From the NCBI GenBank assembly GCA_045046875.1, contig JASFYY010000120.1:1-38288 (forward strand): a DNA stretch of 38,288 nucleotides, in the 5' to 3' direction. The notes under the pieces were generated by a model. It was given only the letters and a program-made list of their open reading frames with translations. It made no database searches and was not told where the DNA came from. The position numbers and the translations under genes are program-made. Below, one piece after another: positions 8,414-18,958 of this stretch. This stretch comes from Verrucomicrobiota bacterium. Lineage in GTDB: Bacteria > Verrucomicrobiota > Verrucomicrobiia > Verrucomicrobiales > DEV007. The first letter of the stretch is position 1. Every line of letters starts with the position of its first letter.

Positions 8414-10846
8414 TCAAATCTGACGAGGAAACCAAACGATGCCCACCGATTTCGCCGAACAGTTTTTCTTCAACGGAGTGATGCGAACCTGCTCAAGCTT
8501 TTCATTCATCGGATCCAGCGATTCCTTCAAGTCAGCAATCTCCCTGCTCGCTTCAGCTTCCAGCTCTTTCAACTCCTCCTTCAGGCGATCGACCTTTTCT
8601 TCAGCACGCCCCACGTCCCCTGATTCTTTCCAAGCCCGCGAAGCACCACTCATAGCGGTGCGACCTTTGGTCATAGAGAATTTTTTACCAAACACAGCTC
8701 CCAGCAATGCACTGCCGATGCGGATGGCGCCGTCCAACTTGGCACTGGTTGCCTGCCCTTCTTGCTCAGCCAAGCGCTCCATAGCTCGCTGCACTCCGTC
8801 CTCCTGGCTTTGGATTTTCTTCTCAAAGCGCTTTTGCAAATCGGCCACTTTTTCATCACGCAGCTCACGGGCACTATGCATCAAGCGGGTTCGGAAATCA
8901 TTTTCACTCTCATCCATAGCAGAATACATGTCCGCCGCAGGACTGCGGAAAAGAGTCACCGAATCATTGGAATATAACCAATCGATCAATTCTTTTTTCA
9001 AGCTGGTGTATAGTTTGGATTGAATCAGATCCGTCGGCAAATCTGCAAATGAAGCACCGTAGAGAGCTTCGCGTGACAACTGGTTCGCTTGAATTTCATC
9101 GGGTAAATCAAGGCTCTTGTTCCAGTTGATACTCCCCCGCTCCGCATCGATTGCATTGATCATGGTAAGTTTACGCATCCCATTGACCGATTTTTTGCTA
9201 TCTGCGTAACGCACTTCCCCCAAGCGAATGAGCGCCGGAATGTAACGGATATTTGCTCCGTTGGCTCCGGGTTCAGCCGGCACAAAATATTCGTCAGCTC
9301 GTCTCGGCAAGCGCGGACGAACGGTGACTTTTTTTGCATCAGACTGCGGCGGCGTTGCTTCAACTGGCGCTGCCGCTTGCGCAGCCACACTGTTCTGCAA
9401 TCGCTGCGTCACTGCCTCGCGTTTGTCAGCCATCAACCGCTGGATTTGCTTTCTCGACATCGGCCCGCGCAGATAGCTCATCACCCAACGCACATGAAAA
9501 GTCTCAGGACCATCATCATGCACGTTGTTCATCAGAAAAACCCGCGCGCCCAGAGCCGATAGCCGATTTTCCATTGCCTTGCGGTCAAAGGCCTGGTTCT
9601 GGCTGGCCGAGGCACCGGAAATACCGTCGAGCACCCGCATTTTATCGCGCTCAGTTTGCAACCGCCCCAGAAACCAGGTGCCAATGTTAGAGAGCGCTTT
9701 GTAGTCGAGATCCACTGGGTTTTGCGTAGCAAACAAAAGCCCCACACCAAAAGCGCGGGCTTGTTTCAGCATCGTCATCATCGGCTTTTTCGAAGGAGGA
9801 TTGGCTGTTGGAGGCAAATAACCATAAATCTCGTCCATATATAACAAAGCGCGCAAACTGCTGGTGCCCGTCTGGGCACGCATCCAGCCCAACATCTGAT
9901 TCATCAGCAGCGAGACAAAAAACATGCGCTCACTGTCATTAAGATGGGCAATCGAGAAAATCGAAATGCGCGGCTTGCCTTCCGCAGTGTATAACATGCG
10001 CTGAATGTCGAGCGCCTCCCCGCTGAGCCAGGTAGAGAAACCGGGAGAAGCGAGCAGGTTGTTCATTTTCATCGCCAAACCCAGACGCTCTTTTTCCGGA
10101 CAAACCGTGTCCAAGCTCATCACTCCGATTTTATCAAAAGGCGGCGTTTGAATAAAACGAATCAGGGTTTCCAAAGTGATGCCGGTATCATCCTTCCAAC
10201 AATGACTAAAAATATTCGATAACAAAATGTGTTCCCAATCCTGAATCGGATCGGCATCCACCCCGATCAATGATAACAAGCTGGAAACCGTGCTTTCAAT
10301 GCGTTCCGAGAACAACTCATTGTCATCGAGAATCTGCTGAGTCGGCACTTCCAGTGAACTCAGAATCGAAACCGGCACTCCTGAATTGCTGCCTGGCGTG
10401 TAAACCGTCAGATCCACCTTGTCTCGAAAACTGCGAATACGATCCGCACTCTGCCCCCAATCCTCCAAACCCTTGCGCCAGGTTTCTGCCTGATCAGCAG
10501 CAAATTCATCCGGACTGATTCCCTTTTTACGCGCATCATCCTCATTGATCCATGGTCGAAAATCCTCTGCAGCCAAATCGGGGAAAGTCAGTAATAAGTT
10601 GGTAATATCACCTTTGGGGTCGATGACGATGGCCGGAATATTATCCATCGCCGCCTCTTCCAATAAAGCAAAACACAAGCCAGTCTTGCCCGAGCCCGTC
10701 ATGCCCAACACCACCCCGTGAGTCACTAAATCCTTTGAATCATAAAGCACCAGCTCCTCTTCGAGCTTCTTCTGCTCTAGGTCGTAATTGCGTCCCAGAT
10801 AAAATTTTCCCAGGCTTTCGTAATCTTCAGGTTGAATATTCATCAC
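8414..10846 (-). CDS. HerA/FtsK-superfamily ATPase (DUF853/DUF87-like) with C-terminal coiled coil
   Basis: Walker A GMTGSGKT, IDPKGD, Walker B LYMDE, KQARAFG, ATQNP. Confidence 0.85.
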   Translation of the reverse strand: MMNIQPEDYESLGKFYLGRNYDLEQKKLEEELVLYDSKDLVTHGVVLGMTGSGKTGLCFALLEEAAMDNIPAIVIDPKGDITNLLLTFPDLAAEDFRPWINEDDARKKGISPDEFAADQAETWRKGLEDWGQSADRIRSFRDKVDLTVYTPGSNSGVPVSILSSLEVPTQQILDDNELFSERIESTVSSLLSLIGVDADPIQDWEHILLSNIFSHCWKDDTGITLETLIRFIQTPPFDKIGVMSLDTVCPEKERLGLAMKMNNLLASPGFSTWLSGEALDIQRMLYTAEGKPRISIFSIAHLNDSERMFFVSLLMNQMLGWMRAQTGTSSLRALLYMDEIYGYLPPTANPPSKKPMMTMLKQARAFGVGLLFATQNPVDLDYKALSNIGTWFLGRLQTERDKMRVLDGISGASASQNQAFDRKAMENRLSALGARVFLMNNVHDDGPETFHVRWVMSYLRGPMSRKQIQRLMADKREAVTQRLQNSVAAQAAAPVEATPPQSDAKKVTVRPRLPRRADEYFVPAEPGANGANIRYIPALIRLGEVRYADSKKSVNGMRKLTMINAIDAERGSINWNKSLDLPDEIQANQLSREALYGASFADLPTDLIQSKLYTSLKKELIDWLYSNDSVTLFRSPAADMYSAMDESENDFRTRLMHSARELRDEKVADLQKRFEKKIQSQEDGVQRAMERLAEQEGQATSAKLDGAIRIGSALLGAVFGKKFSMTKGRTAMSGASRAWKESGDVGRAEEKVDRLKEELKELEAEASREIADLKESLDPMNEKLEQVRITPLKKNCSAKSVGIVWFPRQI

Positions 10847-10945
10847 AGTAATTTATTCGACTCTGAAAGAATGGGCTGGAGCGACACGTAATGCAATGCT
10901 GTAGTGCTTCTGTTATAAATAAATCCCCCAAACTGATTGCCCTGA

Positions 10946-12091
10946 ATGTCCAAGCCTGAAAATAGACCCAGCCGTTGCCTTGCCCGGATCGACCTGTCCG
11001 CAATCGAACACAACGCCCGCGCATTGAGGGAAATCTGGGGAGCTGAGCGCGCATTGATGGCCGTGGTCAAGGCAGATGCCTACGGACACGGTCTTGAGGC
11101 CGTCGTCCGCGTTTTGTCTGATCAAGTGGAAATGTTTGCTGTGGCGAGCCTAGCCGAAGCCCTTTGTCTGCAACAAAACTGCGCAGCAGCAGCAAAAGAT
11201 ATTTTTCTCCTAGGGCCTGCTTTACCGAGCGAATATCAAGAAGTGATCGATAACAACCTAATCGCACCGATTTCCAACTTGCAGGAAGCGGAGTCTTTTA
11301 ACCGCTTGGCAGCCAAACACAACACCCAGCAAAGAGTTCACCTCGCCATTGATACCGGCATGGGCCGAATCGGTACAGATTCAGACAATACCTCTGCATT
11401 TTTTGACCAAGTCAAAATTTTTGAAAACCTGTCCATTGAAGGTTTGTTCTCCCACTTCCCCTGCGCCGACGAGTCAGATGAATCCTTCACCCTTGCCCAA
11501 ATCGGACAATTTAAACAGGTGACCAAACTTTTCCGCCAACACTACCCAGCTGCCAAACACATCCATATCGCCAACAGCGCTGGACTGCTGCGTTTTGCCG
11601 AACAACTGGACTTCACCACTATGGCACGCCCCGGTCTGGCTTTGTATGGAGTAGCTCCAGGAGGCTACGGCCAATCACAACTCAAACCCGCGATGACCCT
11701 GAAAACCCGAATCGCCCTGATCCGGGAAGTTCCCAGCGGCCAAAGCATCAGTTACGGCAGAACTTTTATCACCAATCGCCGACCCACTACACAAGTGGCC
11801 ACTTTAAGCGTCGGTTATGGAGACGGCTACTTGAGGCAGCTGTCCGGCAAAGGCGTCGAAGTTTTAATCGCCGGTCAGCGCTGCCCATTGCTCGGCACGA
11901 TCACCATGGATCAAATCATGGTGGATGTCAGTGATCTGACAATCAGTGCCAAAGTCGGAGACGAGGCCATTTTACTCGGTTCACAAGGGGATGAACAAAT
12001 CACCGCCCTGGAGATGGCAGAAAAAGCCGACACCATCGCCTGGCAAGTGTTCACCTCTATCAGCAAACGAGTGAAGCGGGTTTATGACTGA
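10946..12091 (+). CDS. alr: Alanine racemase
   Basis: AVVKADAYGHG (PLP lysine), DTGMGRIG, HIANSAG, RPGLALYG, ISYG, GYGDGY. Confidence 0.97.
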   Translation: MSKPENRPSRCLARIDLSAIEHNARALREIWGAERALMAVVKADAYGHGLEAVVRVLSDQVEMFAVASLAEALCLQQNCAAAAKDIFLLGPALPSEYQEVIDNNLIAPISNLQEAESFNRLAAKHNTQQRVHLAIDTGMGRIGTDSDNTSAFFDQVKIFENLSIEGLFSHFPCADESDESFTLAQIGQFKQVTKLFRQHYPAAKHIHIANSAGLLRFAEQLDFTTMARPGLALYGVAPGGYGQSQLKPAMTLKTRIALIREVPSGQSISYGRTFITNRRPTTQVATLSVGYGDGYLRQLSGKGVEVLIAGQRCPLLGTITMDQIMVDVSDLTISAKVGDEAILLGSQGDEQITALEMAEKADTIAWQVFTSISKRVKRVYD

Positions 12092-12100
12092 CTTGTTAAC

Positions 12101-12301
12101 TCAAACCGCCCAAACCGTCATTGCCGCGGCAAACAACCAGAAAAACGATCCGATCCACTCCGCCACCGGTGTTTCTGCATCGTCGTCCAATCCCCAGGCA
12201 ATATCCACCTTACCCAGAGTGACCTGCCTCACAATCAAAGAACCCGTCCACCCACAGATAATGTAGAATATTACTCTAATCAGTAATTCGATAATGATCA
12301 T
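12101..12301 (-). CDS. Small hypothetical membrane protein
   Basis: Two hydrophobic segments separated by an acidic loop; ATG at 12301 preferred. Confidence 0.5.
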   Translation of the reverse strand: MIIIELLIRVIFYIICGWTGSLIVRQVTLGKVDIAWGLDDDAETPVAEWIGSFFWLFAAAMTVWAV

Positions 12302-12603
12302 ATCAGGCGAAGCCCCCCCCTCTCTCAACAAGCTGCATGCAGCCATCATTTAGATGCACTGCACAAAGCATCTGATCCCACTCTATAAAAGCTCCCGCCA
12401 ACCCGCCATTACAAAACCCCTACCATTTTGTAATACCAATAAAATCCGCACAAGAAACAAATGCTTGGGGTCTGGCCTATTTTATCGGGCCTATTTCATC
12501 GTTTGCGATACCCGCTTGGCCTGTACAAAAATCCACACAACCCGGTTTCCGTTCACACACACAAGTAACGTTTATGTATGGGGTTTGACCCCATTTCAAC
12601 CTG

Positions 12604-14079
12604 GGGATGGGTGTGGAAAAGTCAGTCTAAAAACCTCCGCTCTGAACACGATTGTGCTCACGCATTCAAGCCCTTAGAGCTCGAATATACCAGAGTTGAA
12701 TTCCGCCACGGCAGTCATTTAAATGGATGAAAGATGCTTTTATCGCCATTAAAACGTTGACTACGCATGCGAATCCGCAAAAATTTTCATGGATTCCTCA
12801 AACATTGAAAATGACAGCGTTAACAGCAAATTCTTCGCACCTCTTCACGAGTCATACCTGAACTCGGAACACCAATATCATTGAAAAAGCATTTCCGATA
12901 TGGATTTTGCCTGTCTGGGAGTTTTGCGTTGCATCACTTGCGCAAAAACTGGGCATGAATTCCTCCAAACTCACGGTTTGGAAACCGATAAGCATTATGA
13001 TCCCAGCCACCTTTTCAAAGCTTTGAAAAGTAAGCGTCGCCTTGCCAATCTTAAATCTTTGAATCAGCAATTAAACAGGATTGGCCATCGGCTTTTGCCT
13101 GATGCCTTCGAGCATTACCCTGAACTCGGTGGCTTTGATATTTACGCAGGCGATGGACATTATCTCCAAGCAGCTGGCTTTGACAAAAAAGTCCGTGACA
13201 CAAAACGTGCGGTTGAGCATTTTTTTCGGCTCAATCTACGCAACCCTCATCTTGATTACATCGCACTTGAGAAACCTGATCCAGGTAAAGTGAAGAAACA
13301 TGATGCCAAAATTCTCAAGGAGGCTTCTGTCGAACTCCTTCGCAATGGTGCGCCTAAAGGTCGCAAGGTGATCTATGCTTGGGACAAAGCTGGCATCGAC
13401 TATGGGCAATGGAGCAAATGCAAATACAACAGTGGAATCTACTTCATTGCCGTGGAAAAAAGAACAGTGCTGCTGAGCGAATAAGCGACAATATTTTTGA
13501 TGCGCAAGACCCGCGCAATGAAGGCATTATTCAAGACGTTTACATTGGAGCCGGAGGTCAGCAAATGCGGCGTATCGTTTATCAAGACCCTAGGGATGGG
13601 AAAATTTACACTTATATCACTAACGAATTAACTTTGCCTGCCTTTGCTTTGGTGCGCATCTACAAACACCGATGGGATATTGAGAAGGTATTCTATCAAC
13701 TCAAGAGCAAGTTTAATGAGCGCAAATGTTGGGCAAGCTCACTGGTGGGCAAAGAGGCTCAGGCTATCTTTGAATGCTTGGCTCACAACTTGTGCCTGCT
13801 CATAGAAAACCAGATTATCACCGAGGAGAATATGCAGGATGAAGTTGAGGAAGGTAAAAAAAGGGCCGGAGCAAAAATCGAAGCAATCGCAATGGAGAAG
13901 AAATGAAGGAGGCAAACAATTACATCAATCGAATCATCCAGAGAGCAACCCACCGCACGCAAAGATTTATCCGCTGGCTGCCGCCACCAAGTATACAAAC
14001 GTCTTCCCTGGAGTGAATCTCTGGGCTTACTGGCTATCTACTGAGGAGAAAGGTCGACCTGGTTTTCCACACCCATCCC
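12604..14079 (+). mobile_element. Degenerate IS4-like insertion sequence (1476 bp)
   Basis: Perfect 17-bp terminal inverted repeats GGGATGGGTGTGGAAAA (12604-12620) / TTTTCCACACCCATCCC (14063-14079) enclosing a DDE transposase; no target-site duplication recognised. Confidence 0.85.
12789..14044 (+). pseudogene. DDE transposase pseudogene (IS4-like)
   Basis: ATG 12789; in-frame TGA 12882-12884; frameshifts near A-runs at ~13460 and ~13860 and near 13980; DIYAGDGH, AWDKAGID and Y-x2-R-x3-E-x6-K (YKHRWDIEKVFYQLK). Confidence 0.88.
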
Positions 14080-14374
14080 TTGGGGTGCTAGTGCTAGGGG
14101 TCTGACCCTTTCCGGACCCTTCCGCATTTCGCACATTACGTGAAACTGTCGCAGATAAACAATCCATGCTACATCATGGATTCGATACTCAATGTAATAC
14201 GCAAAGCCTTTGCGCTCTTAGTGTAGCAGCTCAGAATGGTGTCAAAATATAACCCTTTCGAGTCAAATGTTCAGAAAATGAACACTCCTGCGTGGTTGAG
14301 CATTTGAAAACTAAACTGACAAGATAATCCGACTTGAGCATCTTATAATAAACTCAACAGCTTCAACGATTTTC

Positions 14375-15788
14375 TCAATCCACCGGTTCCGTTATAGGGC
14401 CAGGATTCACACCGTTGATCAAATCCTGCTTCATCAGGCGCCACGCCCTGGCGTTTGGATTCCGCCCCCCTCCACTCATCATATTCGGATCGGGATTGAC
14501 CGCAATGTTTCCAGTAAATTTCGCACCTATACTCGGATAGTCTCCGGCACCAGCCCCTTCATAATCAGGATCACCAGGGTTAACCCGATTGGTTGTCGTA
14601 AGTCTACCACTCGGGGTTGTTTTACCCAAATTGTGCTGACGCCACATCCAGTTGGCCAAAGCCTGCTGGCTTTCCGTTGTTCCGTCATCGCCCGGGTTGC
14701 CGCCGATATTTCTCATCCACAAAGGCACACGGCTGCTTTCCGGTGGATAGGACTCTCCCCAAGCAATATCAGGAATCCCATCTCTTGATCTTTCCACACG
14801 ACCGGTTTGATAAAGAATAGTCCCATCAGGATCTCTCGTGAAGGTTTCCGCTCCACCTGTGCCGTCGGGACTGAGAGAAGTGCGCGTTTCTCTCAAGGTG
14901 CCGTCGCTGTCCTTACTTCTCGTAACACGATCCGACCCTTGCTCATCTGTAGTTGTGCGAATCGTGGAAGAATTACCATCCCGTCTCCGGACCGAAGAGT
15001 AAACAGACTCCCAGTCGTTTCCGCTAGTTGACCAGGTTTTTGTCACGGTTCCATCAGGGGTAGTCGTACTCGTCGCAGTTTGTGGTAACGGAGCCCCCCC
15101 CACCACTGGCAATCCCACCCAAAAAGCCCCACCCGCTCGGCGGCGCATCTTCAGGCAAGCCATCCTTTCGCGAACTCCCATTGCCACCGAAACCTTCAAG
15201 ATCAGAAAAACCCCCACTGTCACTTTCTCCTCCCAAGCCAAAATCCAGTATTAACCCATCCGCATCGCCAATAAAATCAGCGAACCCAGCTGCACCCCCA
15301 ATTTGCTGAAGATCCCTGGCAGCCTGTCCAAAAGCAATGTCGTTAATCCGATCACCAATCTTATCTAGTGAAGTTTCCCCGACCGGTCTGAATGAGCCAC
15401 CAGCTCCATTCCCCTTGCGTTTCATCTGCGGTATTAATTTGAGCTTAGCGAGGCTTCTCATCTCTTTGGACGCATTACCCGGCCCCATGCGTTTCATGCC
15501 CGCTGGCAATTTCGGTTGCTCCACGCGTTTCTGAACCGGCGGAACCACCTGCTTCGCAACAGGCACCGCAGCGACTTTTACCTTCGTTTTTACCGCTTTA
15601 CGTGGAAGCACCTTTTTCACCACCGGCGCCGGCGGCGGATTTTGCTTGTTATTGTTATTTGGATTGTCGCTCACTACCGGAACAACCGCCAAACCCTTTT
15701 TCTGCGCATGCAGAGCTTGAGGACTAACAGCTAAAAAGCTGCCGATAATAACAGCGATACTCGCCAGCGAGATGGCCGGAGTTTTCAT
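14375..15788 (-). pseudogene. Exported protein, paralogue B of 15850-17232, frameshifted at a G8 tract (possibly phase-variable)
   Basis: ORF 15054-15806 matches the N-terminus and ORF 14375-15241 the C-terminus of paralogue A; removing one G at 15094-15101 gives one 470-aa frame. Confidence 0.85.
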
Positions 15789-15849
15789 ACTACTTTTTTG
15801 TTTCAATTTTGGTTTTCGGGTGAGTAAAAACCTACTGCTTGTGACCGCT

Positions 15850-17232
15850 CTAATCCCCCGGTTCCGTTATAGGACCAGGATTCACACCATTGATTAAATC
15901 CTGCTTCATCAACCGCCACGCCCTGGCACTTGGATTCCGACCACCTCCACTCATCAGATTCGGGTCGGGGTTGACCGCAATGTTTCCAGCAAATTTTGCA
16001 CCTATACTCGGATAAGCCCCCGCCTCAGCGCCCTCGTAATCCGGATCACCAGGGTTAACCTGATTCGGAGTTTTCATGCCGAGATCAGGACGGCGACCCG
16101 TTCCGTTGCTTGCCCACCAACGTGCCCATTTGCCATTGGGGTCGGCATTGTCAGGATCCGGATTTCCATCAGGATCACCTTCAGGAGGGCTTGTTGTTTG
16201 CGGTAATGTGACGCCCACCACCTGACCGTCTTTATCATAAGTTGTAGTTGTGGTGGATTCGCCACCCAGTAAAAAGGCGGTTAAATGCCGCCGCGTACTC
16301 TCCTCTGATCCTGCTGGATAAGAATCCACAACCATGTGAATATTCCCTCTGGAATCAAAAAATGTAGAAGTAACTTTAATCGACCCGTCTCCAGATCTCT
16401 GGGTATTTCTAACGAACATACTATTAGGAAGATCAGCCTCAGCCGAATAAAACGGCGGATGATCATAAGCCGCCCCCGCCAACGCATCCTCAGGATTTTC
16501 TGGCCTGAATGGCGCCCCTGAAGACCCTTTTGGCGTTTTGCCTCCGTTATTCTGCGGGGCTGTGGCATCTGGAAAAAACCCTAAGCCGCCAAAGCGATCA
16601 TCTTCCCCGGGTCCAAAAAACTTATTAAATTGATCTTGTCCCGCACCCTGACCTGAGCCCAAACCCAATTCAGGCTGCATCTCGTCTCCACTGCCTCCAA
16701 TCAAATCGGCAAACCCCGCAGCATCACCTATCTCCTTGAAATCATTTGCCGCCTGTCCAAATGCAATGTCATGGATACGATTCCCCAACCGGTCAAGCGA
16801 AGCCGCGCCAATCGACGGGAAGGAAGCATCCTTCACAACTACCGCCGCTTGTTTACGCTTCATCGGCGGCAACAGCTTAAGCTTGGCAAGATTCCTCACA
16901 TCGTTTGACGCTGCACCCGGCCCCATGCGCTTCATCCCCAATGGCAATTTCGGCTGCTCCACTCGTTTCTGAGCCGGTGGAATCAGCTGTTTTGAAATCG
17001 AAGGTGCCACTTGCACCTTGGTTTTCACCACTTTCCTCGGAAGCGCTTTTTTCACCACAGCTGCTGGTGGAGGCGGAGGGTTCTGGTTATTATTATTGTT
17101 GTTTGCATTGTCGCTTACTACCGGGACAATGGGCACCCCCTTTTTCTGCGCCTGCAGAGCTTGGGAACTGGCGGCATAAAGACCGCAGAGGACGAGCGCG
17201 ATACTCGTCAGGGAGATAGACGAAGTTTTCAT
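15850..17232 (-). CDS. Exported low-complexity protein, paralogue A (unknown function)
   Basis: Signal peptide (..QALQA|QKK), poly-Asn/Pro then Lys/Val/Pro-rich region, Gly-rich linker, Thr-rich middle, VNP-repeat tail. Confidence 0.85.
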   Translation of the reverse strand: MKTSSISLTSIALVLCGLYAASSQALQAQKKGVPIVPVVSDNANNNNNNQNPPPPPAAVVKKALPRKVVKTKVQVAPSISKQLIPPAQKRVEQPKLPLGMKRMGPGAASNDVRNLAKLKLLPPMKRKQAAVVVKDASFPSIGAASLDRLGNRIHDIAFGQAANDFKEIGDAAGFADLIGGSGDEMQPELGLGSGQGAGQDQFNKFFGPGEDDRFGGLGFFPDATAPQNNGGKTPKGSSGAPFRPENPEDALAGAAYDHPPFYSAEADLPNSMFVRNTQRSGDGSIKVTSTFFDSRGNIHMVVDSYPAGSEESTRRHLTAFLLGGESTTTTTYDKDGQVVGVTLPQTTSPPEGDPDGNPDPDNADPNGKWARWWASNGTGRRPDLGMKTPNQVNPGDPDYEGAEAGAYPSIGAKFAGNIAVNPDPNLMSGGGRNPSARAWRLMKQDLINGVNPGPITEPGD

Positions 17233-17311
17233 AATATTTTTCTATGTTCGATGTGAATTCATTCCAAGTTAAAGGTTATAAAGTCGTAGACGGTGATACC
17301 TCGTAGATTAT

Positions 17312-18682
17312 TCAATACGAATAACTCATCTGAAGCAGCAAAATATTTCTGTCATAATTAGCAAAACTCTGATTAGAGCGATTGCGCATGTAGGTGTAAT
17401 TCATCGAGGCAACCCATTCAGGTGACCACAAGGGGCGCGAAAGCGAAGCAAACAAAACCATCGCATCATCCTCCCGATTTGGATCAGGCACATAATTTCT
17501 GTAATCAGGATTGCCATAATTTGCTCCCAGCCCTAACTGCACTTTTGCTGGCAAATTCACGTAGGCCTGGGCAAAAGCCCGGTGCAGTTGATAGCTCAAC
17601 TGAATCCCCGATGCATCGTCTATTTCGTAAGTGTATCCAAAATTCATCCACACCCGATTATTAAATGTCCAACCGGACAAAGCCGCCGTCACCCGCCAGG
17701 CATCTCCATCACGTCCGAAAAACGATGGGAAGTCCGGGTTTTCAGCAAAGGCTGTATTTGTCCATTCCCCAATCACCTTGAAATGCATGCCCGCAGTGAT
17801 CGCGTAATCAAACGAAGCTGACAATCCCCACGCATCGTAATAACTCGAGTCGCCGAACCATGCTTTGCGATAGAGTCCCCCCATCTCAATCACCACCTCG
17901 TGACCAAAAACCTGTCTTTCGTGACGCAATGTCAAACGTGGATCAATGATCATGTAATCAAACTCATCAAGCCCGTTATCAAAATAATGACTGCGGTAAA
18001 AGCCCCCGCCCAGCGAAAGCGACACAGGCACATGGATTTCATTCTGGTCGACAATCCCATAGTCGAGAGATAACTGGCTTTGCACATACGAAGAGGCTTT
18101 GCCGCTGGCCAACCGGCCCCCTTCGGGCACCAACGCAACATTATCATCGTAACCCACGCCAAGCGAAAGTGACGCCCTGAGCCGTTTGTCCGCTTCCATC
18201 ACGATGACGGAAAGTTCTCCCGTTTCGACAAACTCCGGCAGTTCACTCTCGATCAAATGGGCCGCTGCGCTGTTTTCGTTATTCTCGATGACCGCGGCCA
18301 ACTGCTCTGCAGCTTCACTTATTTTTTCCAATCCCGCGAGAGCTTGCGCACGATAAAATGCTGCGTAGGAATCGGCAGCATCCAATTCCAATAAACGGTC
18401 CGCAACCACCAACGCTTCTGCGTATTGTCCGACTGCAACCAAACAAAAGGCTTTCCAGCGTAATAAAAAAGAGTCCGTTGCCGTTTTCTCATCAAGCGAC
18501 GCCAACAAATCCAAAGCCTCGTCATACCTCCCTGCTGTCATGGCGGCTTCAACGCCACGCTCATCAATAACAAGCCCGCCCTCCGATTCACTTACTTGCC
18601 CCCACCCTCGCTGAGGGCACAAAATCCCCACCGCTATGCATAACGAAAAGAACACCGTTGCCGAGAGAGGGAGAGCACTCAC
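17312..18682 (-). CDS. TPR + outer-membrane beta-barrel protein (Slam/DUF560-like architecture)
   Basis: Signal peptide, TPR helices (GRYDEALDLL, GQYAEALVVADRLLELD, AAFYRAQAL), barrel beginning LGVGYDDNV, alternating strands, terminal aromatic MSYSY. Confidence 0.75.
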   Translation of the reverse strand: MSALPLSATVFFSLCIAVGILCPQRGWGQVSESEGGLVIDERGVEAAMTAGRYDEALDLLASLDEKTATDSFLLRWKAFCLVAVGQYAEALVVADRLLELDAADSYAAFYRAQALAGLEKISEAAEQLAAVIENNENSAAAHLIESELPEFVETGELSVIVMEADKRLRASLSLGVGYDDNVALVPEGGRLASGKASSYVQSQLSLDYGIVDQNEIHVPVSLSLGGGFYRSHYFDNGLDEFDYMIIDPRLTLRHERQVFGHEVVIEMGGLYRKAWFGDSSYYDAWGLSASFDYAITAGMHFKVIGEWTNTAFAENPDFPSFFGRDGDAWRVTAALSGWTFNNRVWMNFGYTYEIDDASGIQLSYQLHRAFAQAYVNLPAKVQLGLGANYGNPDYRNYVPDPNREDDAMVLFASLSRPLWSPEWVASMNYTYMRNRSNQSFANYDRNILLLQMSYSY

Positions 18683-18958
18683 GCCCTAATCTATTTGCTG
18701 ATAGGTGATTTTGCACGCACAGAATTAATTTTTTTGCGCTTAATATCAAAACCTTGTTATCTTTTGGACCCTACCAGTAAACAGGAAAGCCAGTATACAG
18801 GCTACCCTTGAACCTACGTTTCATCTTCGCCATTGCCCTGCCCCCCCCTTTTAAATAGTCACTCGCAAGACGCAATTACGTTGCATGCCTACATCACCAA
18901 AATAGAACGGATTGCCGATCCGCTCCACAATGTGAGACACAATGGCATTGCGTGACGA

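Noticed and set aside
15078..16208. LPQT motifs in both paralogues as sortase signals
   Set aside because: No Gly at position 5, internal location, no following TM or basic tail, and the host has an outer membrane.
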